From contig JARDVH010000157.1 in the NCBI GenBank assembly GCA_030324005.1, positions 12,065,407-12,129,406 of the forward strand: a DNA stretch of 64,000 nucleotides. Reading direction: 5' to 3'. This DNA is from Negaprion brevirostris (taxonomy: Eukaryota). Positions 23,303-35,559 of this stretch are shown piece after piece. A program made the translations under genes and the position numbers. The notes beneath the pieces were generated by a model. That model saw nothing but the letters and a program-made list of their open reading frames with translations, searched no databases and was not told the origin of the DNA. Each line of letters starts with the position of its first letter. Positions within the stretch are counted from its first letter, which is position 1.

Positions 23303-23870
23303 AGGAGCTAATTTTTCAGCCTCGCCACACTTGGCACAGATTGCGCCAATCCTGGAAAATAGCATGTGGGCCTAAAAATTGGTTTCATGCCCAGTGCCAA
23401 ATGGTTTGCAATCGTTCTGGTCCCTTTCTAATGGCACAAATTGGATTGCACCCAGAAAGGTTGCAAGGTCAATTAGCATATTTAAATTAACACTTAAATA
23501 TACATAGGCCATTTTCAGCTCCCCGGACTTCTGACCTTCAAGTGTGGTGTGAGACCAGTGAAAATCACTACTAGCCCACCACTAGTGGAGACCAGGATTA
23601 TGGGTACACCGGGTGGGTTTGGAGGCCATTGAGGCCCCCGGGTGATCGGGAACATGGCTAGGCTGTGTCCATCTGATAGTGCCCACCTGACAACCTAGCA
23701 GTGACAATTGGGCACTGTTAGTGTGCAAGGAGAAGTGCCATGAGGGTGAAGCCTAAGCACTGGCTATGATGCGGTGGGGGGGGTGGGGGGTTGCGTGCGA
23801 GGGGGCTATGATTTCAGCAGCCTTGCAGGGGGAGCATGTTAGGAGACATGCCGGAGGGGCGCCTATCAGA
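23303..23870 (+). mobile_element. GC-rich non-autonomous DNA transposon (Harbinger-like family), partial
   Basis: Shares the gaggccattga.gcccc.gggtg.tcgg and gtgccc blocks with 37615-38640 and 43915-45230. Confidence 0.55.
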
Positions 23871-23874
23871 GCTC

Positions 23875-24340
23875 ATGGATACTGTATTCACATTGTTCTG
23901 GATATCACATCTTAGGAAGAATACATTAGCTTTAGAGTGAATGCAGCATAGACCTACAAAAATGATACCTGGGCTCTAAGGATTTAATGATGAGGAGAGA
24001 TTGCACAAACTACGATTGTATCCACTGGAATTTGAAAGACTAAGGTGGTTCAATTGAAGTCTTCAAGAGATAAAAGGGGACTATTTCCACTGGTTATAGA
24101 ATCTAGGAATATGGAAAATAGCCAAAAATAATCAGGCCTTTCAGAATTGAAATTAGAAAGCATTTGTACATGCAGAGGATGGTAAAACAGTAGTTCATAC
24201 TGGGTTAATTGTTAACCTCAAGTTTGAGATTTCTTTTAACTAAGCAAGGAGGGGCAGTGGTGGAGTTAGCCATGATTCTACTGAGTAGCGGAACAGGCTG
24301 GAGGAGCAAAATGGCCATCCCTGTTCCAATGTTTCTATAT
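23875..24340 (+). mobile_element. CR1 3' fragment, probably the continuation of 22655-23025
   Basis: YCIHIVL-like region, then IEVFK, then the tail ggaacaggctggaggagcaaaatggcc. Confidence 0.75.
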
Positions 24341-24539
24341 AAATTTATTGTTAAATCAGAGGCAAATACCACTCCTGAAAATCTTTCTGTGTACACAATG
24401 TTGCATCAATTTGTTTTAAACTGGATAAACATATCAGTTATCTTTCTGTACCAATAATCCAGAAAAACAGTTCAAGTCCCACCGGGGCTTTTTGAGAATT
24501 TAATCCAGTTTTAGGAAAAATCTGGAATCAACATGTAAT

Positions 24540-25690
24540 CCCCTCAAATTCTGACTGTCCGATCTGGTTTAAAATGGGGGCTATCTGCAGCCCATTCAGC
24601 GAATTGTGTGGGTTTTATAATGCCCAAATCATCCAACCTCTGAAGCTTGACTTCCACCTTCTGATGAAGGGCATAAGTTACCGGGTGAGCCCGAAAATAT
24701 TTAGGCGCCACTTCTTGATCCAGATAGATTTTAGCTTCCACAAGCCATATACATCCTAATTCACCTCTGAAGAGCTCTGGATATTTATACAGCAAGTTTT
24801 AAAGTTTACTTATTAGTGTCACAAGTAGGCTCACATTAACACTACAATAAAGTTACTGTGAAAATCCCCTTGTCACCACACTCTGGCATCTGTTCGGGTA
24901 CACTGAAAGAGAATTTAGTATGGCCAATGCACCTAACCAGCACATCTTTCAGACTGTGGGAGGAAACCAGAGCACCCAGGGAAGAACATGCAGACTCCAC
25001 ACAGACAGTGACCCAAGCCGATCACACCCAAGTCCCTGGCACTGTGAGGGAGCAGTGCTAACTACTGTGTCACCTTGCTGCTCCTGAAAACCTCCACCCT
25101 TCAGGTTTAAAATGTTTAGCTAGGTCAGCTGTATCTGTTTTAACCAATCATGTCTCATTAAACAAGATCTGCGACCTTTGATTACCAGTACTGGCAGCTT
25201 TGACTTCTAGCTCTGATATCTCACTGTTACTGTACCTGAAGTCCGTAGTGTCTCTGCTGTATATATGAACAAAACAGCACCTCATTCACTTAGTTTAAAT
25301 GGTTGGGATCCCTTTTGCAGATAACAAAATGCCTATTTCCCTATGAGTGTGGCAGGCACCCCTGTATCCATTTCCATTTTTAGTAATTCAGCATTTACCT
25401 GCAAAGTATCTATATTGAGGGTAATTTGTTTTGCTGGACCTGGTTTAGGATGAATGACTTGGACCTCTTGCTAGACTCTATATTCAGATTATTTACAAGA
25501 GTTAGACTAGTGTCTGATATATTTTTTGCACTGACTATCCTGATTGTTTCGTTCTGCACCATGACTTTAAGTGACCTTGTTACATTTCAAACACACGTGG
25601 TTCTTGAATTGACAAACTTCATGAGTGTTCTCCCTCACGTTGAAAACACATTTCAGCCCACAATGTTGCATTTCTTCTACTGGCTACCGT
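24540..25690 (-). mobile_element. Gypsy gag-protease-RT remnant interrupted by a SINE
   Basis: Minus strand shows Cys/His knuckle remnants (~25550-25670), the protease motif MEMDTG (~25365) and the RT N-terminus PKYFRAHPVTYAL..KVEVKLQRLDDLGIIKPTQFAEWAA...KPDRTVRI. Confidence 0.85.
24800..25083 (-). mobile_element. HE1-like SINE
   Basis: Minus-strand head acagtagttagcactgctccctcacagtgccaggg and V-domain ctctggtttcctcccacagtc. Confidence 0.9.
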
Positions 25691-26002
25691 TCCATCTGTT
25701 CCTGAACTATTTAGTACCACAGCCGTTGTCACCACAAATAATTTATCTTGTTCAGCACTTCATAAGCCTTGTCAGTTTGGATCAGTTGGTCGAACATTCA
25801 CCCCTGGGTCAGAAGATTAGAGTTTCTTGCTATTCACCTAAGAGCCACGATTTTAATTTGTTCTGACCATTCCACTGCATTACTGCAAAGTAGAATTAGC
25901 AAAGATACTATTTTTCAGATGAGATGCTGCAGTGAGGTTCGTCTGCTTGTTAAATTTTCCATGACATTGTTAGAAACACAGAGCAATTTGCCTGGCCAAT
26001 GT

Positions 26003-26303
26003 TTCTTAGCACTGCTTCCTCAGAGCACCAGAGATCCAGGTTCACTTCTAGCCTCGGGTCACTGTCTATGTGGAATTTGTACATTCTCCCCATGGGTTTC
26101 CTCTGAGTACTCCGGTTTCCTCCCACAGTCCAGTGACGTGCAGGTTAGGTTGACTGGCCATGCTAACTTGCCCCTTAGTGTCAGGGGGACTAGCATGGTA
26201 CAATGTAGGGTTAAAGGGCTAGGGTCTGGATAGAATAGTTGGCGATGCAGGCTCAATGAGCCAAATGGCCTTCTACACTGTAGGGATTCTATGATATGAT
26301 TCT
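26003..26303 (+). mobile_element. HE1-like SINE nested in an older SacSINE1-like SINE (~25770-26400)
   Basis: ttagcactgcttcctcagagcaccagagatccaggttc...tccggtttcctcccacagtcc...gggattctatga. Confidence 0.9.
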
Positions 26304-26938
26304 CCCTCTACCAATAACAGACTAACTGGCCATTCATCTCACTTTATATGTGGAGTGTGCCTCTTTCTCAAACCACAGTGTAACAATTTGACATAATTAA
26401 GTCATTTGATAGACAATTTCAGAAGGCAGTTAAGAATGAACCACTTTGATCTGGAACTGACGTTACATGGCCAGACCAGATAAAGAGGGTGTTAGCAAGC
26501 AAGCTAAACTTTTGATTCAATCCAAAAAATTCGCAATCATTTTTACTGATAACAGATTTTTATTTCTTGGATTTTAATATAGAGTTCAAATTCTTAAACT
26601 GTCATGGGGTGGAGGGGGAGGAATATAGAATTACTTTCTGGATTACAAGTCCAATAAAATAACCACTATACAATTGTGCCCTCAAGTATGTTGGAACAAT
26701 TAAAACTATAGAGAAAAATGATGCCAGTCCCTGTTTATATTTATGCAATGCAATAGACCCTGAACTGTATTTCAAAGTTATATCTATCTTTGGAGTGAGT
26801 GAGAAAGCACCAGTCATGATCTCTACCTCATTCTATGAAAGATGACTGATTGATACGACAAATAAACAGAGCCATGATTATTTTCCTTTCATATTTTACA
26901 ATTGAGATGCCTAATAAAAACTAGAAGTGCATCCCTCA

Positions 26939-27545
26939 TGTTACGATACTTGGCCAAACCCCAACACATGGGGGAAGCCCAGTTAGAGACCAATAATGTT
27001 TTGTTTAAAGTAGATAATGTTAGAGATTCAAGATGCTTACTATGTGAATAAATCTACAAGATTCCTTGGGTTTGGAACAAAAAGAAAACTTTACTGTACA
27101 ATTTCAGAAAGATAAAACAATTTACAATACCTACCTTATACTCTAACATTTAGGGTAAGTATGAAGTACGGGTGAATTAACAGGCAAACTGTGGTCAGAC
27201 ACACCAAACTACACACCAGGGATGTTTAAAGGGCTTTTAAATAAACATATGAATATGCAAGGAAGAGGGATTATGGACCAAAGGCAGCCAGAAGGAATTT
27301 GATATCATGTTCGGCACAATATCATGGACCAAAGGATCTGTTCCTGTGCAGTGCTGTTCTATATTCTGATAGGTGACAGATGCTACCAAAACAGATTCCA
27401 TGGATTTCCGAACAACCCACCCCGATATGTGTCATACTGTGAGACAACCAATCTCACTGAAATTTTGTCAGTTTACAAAGGTTTCCAATCTCCACTTTTG
27501 AAGATCTTGCCTGGGAATTCTCTCTAAATATTCCCCAGGGTACCA
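26939..27545. mobile_element. Possible LTR fragment with a nested CR1 tail (27215-27368)
   Basis: Starts tgttacga. The nested tail reads tttaaataaacatatgaatatgcaagg...gtgctgttctatattct. Confidence 0.4.
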
Positions 27546-27990
27546 CTTCAGCAAACCCAGTAATTATTGGAGGACAGATTGTGATGCCATGATGCCCTTT
27601 ATACACTGTAATCAATAACTATGNNNNNNNNNNNNNNNNNNNNNNNNNNNNNNNNNNNNNNCAGGAAGAGCACGAAATAGGATGAATGGGCTTTCTGCAG
27701 GGTTCCCCACTTAACCACTTATTAATCACTTAAGGGCCATTTCCCACTCAGCCTTAATTTTGTGACTGGCAGGAAGGTTTCCTAGGTATGGGGAAGCACA
27801 AGTTTAGGCCTTGAGCAGGAAGGAGAGGTGATGTCTCCATCAGAGGCCTCCTTCTAATTTCAGGCACTCCAGCCTATTAAGGTCCAGTGGCCGCTGGACC
27901 TTCCTGTACTCCCTGGCCAAATCTCCCCTGATACTCCAATTTCCCACTATCCAGTCCCAGGTCTTCCATATCCATCCCACTCTGAAAATT

Positions 27991-28712
27991 GAGAACACTC
28001 TTGCCTGTTGATTGTCGATCAATATTCATTCATTCATTGTCATAGCGTCTGCATGGTCTCCCCAATGTACCATGCCTCGGGACATCATTTCCTGCAGCAT
28101 ATCAGATAGACAACGATGGGTGAGTTGCAAGAGTATATATCGTGCACCTGGTGGATGGTGTTCTCACGTGAGATGATGACATCCATGTCGATGACCAGCA
28201 AGAGTATTCTCTTCCTGTTGGGGAACACTTCAGCAGCAGTCTCGGGCATTCGGCTTCCGATCTTCGAGTAATTGTTCTCCAAGGTGGCCTTCACTACACA
28301 TGACAGTGCAGAGTGGCTGAGCAGAGACTGATAGCCAAGTTCCACACACATGAGGACAGCCTCAACCAANNNNNNNNNNNNNNNNNNNNNNNNNNNNNNN
28401 NNNNNNNNNNNNNNNNNNNNNNNNNNNNNNNNNNNNNNNNNNNNNNNNNNNNNNNNNNNNNNNNNNNNNNNNNNNNNNNNNNNNNNNNNNNNNNNNNNNN
28501 NNNNNNNNNNNNNNNNNNNNNNNNNNNNNNNNNNNNNATTATTTTGTAAATTGAGTTTGTGTCTTTATACGCCCTGTTTGTGAACAGAACTCCCACTTAC
28601 CTGACGAAGGAGCAACGCTCCAAAAGCTAGTGGCTTGTGCAACCAAATAAACCAGTTGGATTTTAACCTGATGCTGTGAGACTTCTTGTTGTGTTTACCC
28701 CAGTTCAATGCT
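27991..28712 (+). mobile_element. Penelope-like element (GIY-YIG end and 3' terminal repeat) with an inverted 5' part
   Basis: The minus strand at 28194-27991 reads YSCNSPIVVYLICCRK*CPEAWYIGETMQTL (GIY-YIG). The plus strand from 28195 reads SLPVG.HFS..GHSASDLRVIVLQGG...AEQRLIAKFHTHEDSLN. Confidence 0.9.
28598..28632 (+). ncRNA. Minimal type-I hammerhead ribozyme motif of the Penelope terminal repeat, with a core mutation
   Basis: UAC CUGACGA a GGAGC aac GCUCC AAAA GCUA GUG: CUGAnGA box, 5-bp stem II, GAAA changed to AAAA, palindromic AGCU stem III and 3-bp stem I. Confidence 0.7.
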
Positions 28713-29559
28713 GGTCTTGTCCTAGCAGTCTGCTGTTTCTTTTCTTGCCTTCTCTCAACACATTTGTTTAAATCAGCTCCTAGTGGACAAAACCAATCTT
28801 TAGTCAACAGGTGAAAAATTACTGATTTTCCCTGAAGCTGGCACCCAGCTCATCCTGGCATTTTCATCATCATAATATCAATACTGAGACAGCATAATGG
28901 ATTTTTTAAATTAATAATGTGGAAGGAAGATTTACACAGCCAAGTAAATGTTATCTTTTATTTCATTCTTACATTTGTCACTGTTCACACTATACAGGAA
29001 CTCACTGGGAAAATGTCGAAGAGAAGGGGAGATGGTGTCAAAAGGGTTTGAATATTCATTGTCTGTATTAAAATAGCAAAGAATATACATAGATGAGAAG
29101 AACTTGCAGGCACACTTCAGCTGCTATATTGTGGGTGGGAAGTGGGGTTAATGACATGACCCTTTACTTTCCAGATTGAGGGAAATAATCTGGTTTACAT
29201 CACAGTATTTCTGTTGACTTTGAACTAATGGTAGCCACAGTAGCATGACAGTTTGGTAAGTAAAGTAGAGGTTTGGTAAGTAAGTTGGCAGTGAACCCTC
29301 TATAGGATCGGGATTTTTTTCAGATACGACTCTGCTGTCATCATGAGAAACTCAGGTGACTCATAACAGTTCCAACAAGAGAGTTTTCCACTTACTGGAG
29401 TGTATGTATATTTCCAGCCTTTTGGCAATGATACAGTACACATAGACAAACTTGCGATTTGGGGCTTCAATGGTCATAAATACATCATATTCATTAAAAC
29501 TGGCAATGACAGGAATCAGAAAATGGAGTTGCTGTAATGCATCCTATAAATGGTACACA

Positions 29560-29885
29560 CTGCTTTCACTGTGGTGTATTTAAGGTGATAGATGTGGAGC
29601 AAATCAAGCAGGCTGCTTTGTCCTGGATGGTGTCAATCTTCTGGAGCAACGTTGGAGCTATCCTCATCCGTACAAGTTGTGATTTTTTTTTAGATAGTGG
29701 ACAGATTTTGAGGAGTCACTAGTTGAGTTACTTGCCACAGAATTCTGAGCCTCTGACCTGATTTTGTAGTCACAGTATTTGTGGCTGGTCCAGTTAAGCT
29801 GTGGTCAATGGTAGCCCCAAGATATTGACAGTAGAAGATTCAGCGATGGTAATGCAGTTGAAAAGCAAGAGGAGATGGCTAGATT
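29560..29885 (-). mobile_element. L2/Crack-like LINE fragment, same family as 33140-34380
   Basis: caagcaggctgctttgtcctggatggtgtcaa is the reverse complement of the gacaccttcaggacaaagc block at ~33260. Confidence 0.7.
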
Positions 29886-29889
29886 AACT

Positions 29890-30260
29890 GTAAGGACAGT
29901 AATAATGTAGGAAACATGTTAGCAAATTAGTGCACAGCAACGTTCCACAAACAGCAATGTGATTAGAATTGGATGGTTTGTTTTTTTGATGTTGGTTGAG
30001 GGGTAGACATTGAATGGGATATCAGGCAGAATTGCCCTGCTGTTTTTTTTGAATAATGCCATGGAATCCTTTACATCCACCTGAGAGGGCAGATGGTTTC
30101 TCATCTATTCAGAAAGGGAGCAACTTCTGATGGTGCACCTTCTCATCACTGCTCTAAATTGTCAGCCTAGATTTTGTGTTCAAGTCTCTGATGTGGCACT
30201 TAAATCCACAAATCTCTAACTCAGTGATGATAGCGTTACTACTGAGCAATGGTTGCCACA
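29890..30260 (-). mobile_element. SacSINE1-like SINE
   Basis: Reverse complement matches the head and core of 43105-43510. Confidence 0.75.
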
Positions 30261-30954
30261 GAAGACATTAGCGCACTGGGAGCCACCAGCAGGGCATGAT
30301 ATGAGTGACAACTTTAATTTATACCTTAGACTGTGGAATAACTACTCCAGTCTTCCTGTGAAGGATCTTCAGATGTTCCATTACTGTTGAATCTGTTGTT
30401 TCAACTTTATTGAGAGGAGTTGCCCCTTGTCCAAAGTTTCGATCAGGATGATCTTCATACAAACATCAGATCGCTTCCCCACCTCCCCATGTTTTGAGTA
30501 TTTATGTTTTAGGAGTTTTACTCAGTCCTTCCTTGGTTTGACCTCCCAGATTGGCCTCAATCTCCCAGCAATGCTGTGAATCTGATTTTTATTTTCTCCC
30601 CGTATAATAGCTGCATTTCATGAATAATTTTGCACAATTGGATCAATATAAATCACAAGTTGGATTTCACATCGTCTTTTGCCACTGAGTGGGATTGACT
30701 TTAGAACATTGAAATTTCACCTCAAAAAAAGTCATTGTTTCCCTTCTTCAGACAGAGGGCTGTTTCAAACAAATTGTAAAGTGTTTCAGCATAAACTTGT
30801 TAAAGATACATTCCTATTCTTTAATATTAAAAATACAACCCACTCTCCACTATTAAAGGAGCTCTCACATTCTTAATTATTGAAGAGACATCTCCATTCC
30901 TAAGCATATCAAAGATATTGTTCCACTATCACACGACTCAGATTTTTAAAAGCA

Positions 30955-31180
30955 TCATCTGGTATGAAATTGAGCCATACAGATGAGAAAAATCCCAGGT
31001 TCAATCCTCAGTCTTTGCTGTCAATTAATTTGAGTTATGATACTGCAATCAATCTCAGCACCCTTGAATTAAGGTGAGAAAAATCAGGTCCTGCTCCTTA
31101 GCAGTATCATGAGGCTGCTACTGGAAAGTGCCCATGCGTGAATTTTGACTGAGGATTAAATGCAGACCAGCTGAAAAACA
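30955..31180 (+). mobile_element. Ancient tRNA-derived SINE (second family; related fragments at ~2480-2560, 9190-9290, 36700-36830, 40370-40480, 55340-55445, 59110-59230)
   Basis: Shared tgagccatacag...cccaggttcaatcc...ctcagcaccc...aaaaatcag blocks. Confidence 0.5.
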
Positions 31181-31529
31181 CAGACACTTTCCATTCTACA
31201 ACAACCTTCTGTAGAAGAGGCTGACTCCAGATGTTCAGTCTTTCAAACATCAGTTGGACTGGTAACTGGATCACCTTGAAAAGAATATAATTTGTGTCAG
31301 GGAGCCTTTAGTCATGCTTGACCACACCGTTATCTTAGCTTGGGAGCTGCCACACTGAGCACTACATTGAAGGAGGACAGAGAGTAACTAACTGTGTCGG
31401 AGTTAGCAAAACCAATTGCCGAACTTGTTGGCAGCTAGAGAGATTTGGTCATGGGGTGGGTCAGGTAGTTGGAGCTATGCCATCCCATCTTGGGAAGGGA
31501 CAGGTGCAGAATCAATAACAGCAAATGGT

Positions 31530-32200
31530 CTGAAAGCAGAGAAGTACTGAACAGAAAATGCTGCCTTAAGGAGGCCTTTTAAATATTGTCACCCTGCGTA
31601 TAATTAGAGGGTCATGTCAATAGAGAGCTGTAAATTAAGATAAAGTATTTTGTCATTAACGCCCCTTGGTAGTCAATGAATCGAATAAACATGGTGCATT
31701 TGAAAGAACATTTGCTGGCAATGGAAGCCAACGTTCTGCAACACGGTTTGAGAAGCCCAAAGTGAGACCCCCTTTCTCTCGCCCTCCTCCTTATCTAATT
31801 TTCTCTGCTAGCTCTGGGTTCATTGTCGATGACTTTCTAATTTTCTTTATTTTTCTGCCTGACCAGCAAATGCTCATTTCTCAGTGGCACGGTTCAGGCT
31901 TCTCCCTGTCCCCCAAGCCTGGTCAGGTCACAGAAACGTTAAGGCTTTTGTCAAGGTGATTAATAGCACTTTATATCATCTCTAATTCACTCACTAATGA
32001 CTGAGAGTCACTAGTCTCAGAGTAATCGGGTGATATATGTGCCGAGCCTATACCTTATGGCAGAGGTGAAAATCATTTAGACAAGTCAAATATTGTTGCA
32101 GGGACAAATGGCTTTCTCTGTTAATAAAAATTAATGAATTTTTTCAGTGGTTTGCTAAATGAAGCTATAGAGACTGTGCACAAGAGACTCTGGACCTGAT
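31530..32200. promoter_or_regulatory. Candidate conserved non-coding element/enhancer
   Basis: Repeat-free, with many TAAT/TGTCA/TGATTAAT sites and retained CpGs. Confidence 0.45.
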
Positions 32201-33139
32201 CTCCCAGCCATTGGGGAAAATAAAGCATTTGTATTCAGCATTTAGTGAGACAGTCATGTTTGCTTTAGCACAGCCCTGCATTTCTCACCTGCTTCATTCC
32301 TTTGTTTGAGTTTTTCTTTAAATATCTTTTTAAAAATGCTATTAATGTTAATCATGTTCAGTACTTTGACAAGCTTCAATGTTGTTCTATCTTAATGGTG
32401 CAATTTGTCTTTTGACAAGAGTTTTCAAAATACAGTTTCATTTTCATCTCTACAGCCAACTCGATAAAATTTTGTACCACAATATTTATGTAATTTTAAG
32501 GCTGGTGTTTTTATTAGCAAGATAATATGTACTCTAATACATCACATCATTGTCCCATCTCAAAGTGTTTCACAAACAATGAATTGCTCTTTGAAGTGCA
32601 GTATTATGGGAACCATTCTGTGCCAGTAACAACCTAGGAGAAGTCAATGAGATAGAATTAATCTGTTTTTGGTGGTGGTGTTTGAGGGAGGAATATTTGC
32701 CTGGCCAACTCTCCTTTTTGCAAAGTGTGCAGGGATCTTTAGCATTCACCAGGCAGTGTCTCATCTCATCCAAACATTAGCAAGCATTCCTTTAGGTATT
32801 ACAAAGATTTCTTTTTTGACAAGGTTCCATTTTGATTGGTTCTTGATCATGAAGTGAAACGGTCAGCAATGATTTGCAAAATCTGTGACCAAGTGATATA
32901 TCAGGTTTGAATCCCATGTCAATTGCAAATAATGTCATCACAGTGTCACTAAGCAAAACAGATTGAAAGTCTCCTAGTCATATCATTAAAATCCAGTGCC
33001 AAGGAACATTGTATGGACATATTGCCAAAGTTGCACAAGTTACCACAATTACATGTCTTCTTAGAACAAAAAGAAGAGGTCAAGGGTAGAGCAAACTAGA
33101 ATACTGGCAACAGATTAATGACACTTACTCCATAACAGT

Positions 33140-34385
33140 AACTAAGTAATTCACCTCCTGACTCCCCAGAGTCTGGCCACTATCGAAAAGGCACAAGTCA
33201 GGGGTGTAATGAAATACTCTCCACTCATATGGTTGAGTATAACTCACTCATGAGGTTTGACACCTTCAGGACAAAGCGATCTGCTTGATTGGCACCTTAT
33301 CAATCATCTTCAACATTCACTCCCTCTATCACTGATGCATAGTAGCAGCAGGGTGCACTATGATACTAGGGGGGCCAGACGTCCGGCTTTAGGCTGGACT
33401 GTCCAACTTTTGAGCACTCTGTCCTCCATCCAGCGCCACCCCGAGCCGGACATTAATTTGTCCTCCTTTTTTGGGTTTGACTAAAGGTTGTGACCAGCAG
33501 CTGGGAAAACCAATCGGTTATCCAATTGGTTAACCCATCACGGTTATCCAATGGACGCTGTGCGCCCACTGACTGGCAGCTACTTTATCCAATCTGCGAG
33601 CTCCATTCAACTGAATTTAAAAAACAATGAAAATGATGCTCAACAATTGTAACCAATCACAGACTGTGCTGCCATCAACACATGCCCCTCAATGTGATTG
33701 ACATCTTCATTAGCCAATTGCAACGCATTGACCAATCGGAATGCGCTGAACCTGTGAGACTCGCGGAGCTGATTGACAGCTACGTTATCCAATCCGTGAG
33801 TTGTATCCTTCTGAACTGCGAGAACACCAAAAATGATGCTTACAATTGTACCCAATCACAGACCGCGCTGCTAACAACACACACCCCTCCATGTGATTGA
33901 CAGGTTCCTTAGCCAATCGCAATGCATAGACCAATCGGAATGTGCTAAACCTGCGCGACTCTCAGCCCAGTATCATTGCAGCGTTCAGTTCGAACCGGGG
34001 CAATGTCCTCCTTTTTGGTAATTTGAGATGGCCACCCTATATGATACACTGCAGCAACTTACCAAGGTTCTTTCAACGGTACCTTCCAAACCTATGACTG
34101 TACCACCTAGAAGCATGAGGGCAGCAAATGCATGGGAATACCACCATCTGCAGGCTCCTCTCCAAGCCACATGCCACCTTGACTTGGAACTATATCACCA
34201 TTTCTTCACTGTCACTGGTTCAAAATCCTGCAACTTTCTTTCTAACTACAGTGTGGGTGTATCTTCATGACATGGACTGCAGCAATTCAAGAAGATAGCT
34301 CACCAGTAGCTTCTCAAGAGCAATTAGGGATGGGCAATAAATGTTGGCCTAGGCAGTGACACCCAGATCCCATGAAAGAATAATT
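33140..34385 (+). mobile_element. L2/Crack-like LINE 3' end split by a hAT MITE
   Basis: HLLTPQSLATIEKAQVRGVMKYSPLIW precedes the MITE. The LINE resumes at 34048 (actgcagcaacttaccaagg) and ends caattagggatgggcaataaatg...cccatgaaagaataa. Confidence 0.8.
33367..34039. mobile_element. Non-autonomous hAT-type MITE (673 bp)
   Basis: Termini are TAGGGGGGCCA / TGGCCACCCTA (10 of 11 complementary). A perfect 8-bp TSD TATGATAC lies at 33359-33366 and 34040-34047, with subterminal tgtcctcctttt repeats. Confidence 0.92.
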
Positions 34386-34549
34386 TAAAAAATAACAAAA
34401 TTGGATTCATCAACACCTGAGATACACAACTCCAGCATGGCTTATAAATGTGAGGAGGTGGTCTTGCATGTTAGTGCTCTGTAATGATATACAAAGCCAT
34501 GCAGAGACCACACTCTGGCTCCAAATAGTGTAAACAAAAGGGCATGGCC

Positions 34550-34835
34550 CCCAGTGACCTCTTGTGCGTCCCCACATTCTTTGCCCCACATTTGATGGTT
34601 GGTCCTTTAGCTGCTTAGAAGCAGTGAAATTACTTCCCAAAACCTTTGCATGATCTCTGCTTCTCTCTCTCTCCTTGAGATGCTTCTTATATAAAACCTA
34701 TATATCTTTGACTAAAACTTTGGTCAGTTGTCTGAATATCTCTTTATATAGTTTAGTGTCAATTTTAGTGTACTAACTCTCCTGTGAAATAACTGAGACA
34801 TTTTACTGTGCTGTTGAGTATAAAAGTTAATTGTG
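34550..34835 (+). mobile_element. L2-like LINE 3' end
   Basis: Reverse-complementary to 35570-35770. Confidence 0.6.
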
Positions 34836-35559
34836 TTTGCATGCAAGTACAAAAATATAGGGCCTACACTGCCTCATCTGCAATCAGTTAGAAATCGGCT
34901 GACTAATCTAAGAGAAGAATCAACAGAAGTCCAAAAGGACTTACAGTATCTCTTGTAGTAATATAGGATTTGTACCCAAACTATGGGGAGTTTCTATGGC
35001 ATCATTTTTTCAAGGATTGGGAAATTGTGTAATTTTTTCAAGGATTGGTAAGAAGAATTTGTGACCTTGCAGAAATTTGTTTTTACAGCACAACCTTGTA
35101 AGCTTCTCAGCCTCAACATTAGAATGATAGATAAGCAGTGGAGGAGAGGAATGCACCCTCACCTAAAAAGGGGTGCTCAGAACAAATTTTCAACAATTGC
35201 ACAATTGTTATATTTTTGTTTCAATATTTCTCCATCATTTCCTGCCCTCCTCTACTGGTAATATGGTTCTATGTTTTTATTAGGCCTCTGATATCTTTCC
35301 CCCCCAGCCCACACAATACCTAATTTTCATTCATTCCTTGTGATTATGAATATACATGTGTAAAGCCATCATAACCCAGTCCAATGTATTGGTGTTTTCC
35401 AGAAAGTTATTGGATCAGATCAGGAGCAAGACATTTGACTGATTCTAACCAAGTTGACACAGTGCTAGCTAGCACTTCCAGCTCTTAGGAGTTGTGGGTT
35501 TAAGTCCCACTCCAGAAATGTGAACACTAGATCTGCAACTATAATTTCTATTTATACTG

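Noticed and set aside
25426-26233. 146-aa and 154-aa plus-strand ORFs
   Set aside because: They are antisense to the Gypsy gag remnant or run across two SINEs, with no protein-family signal.
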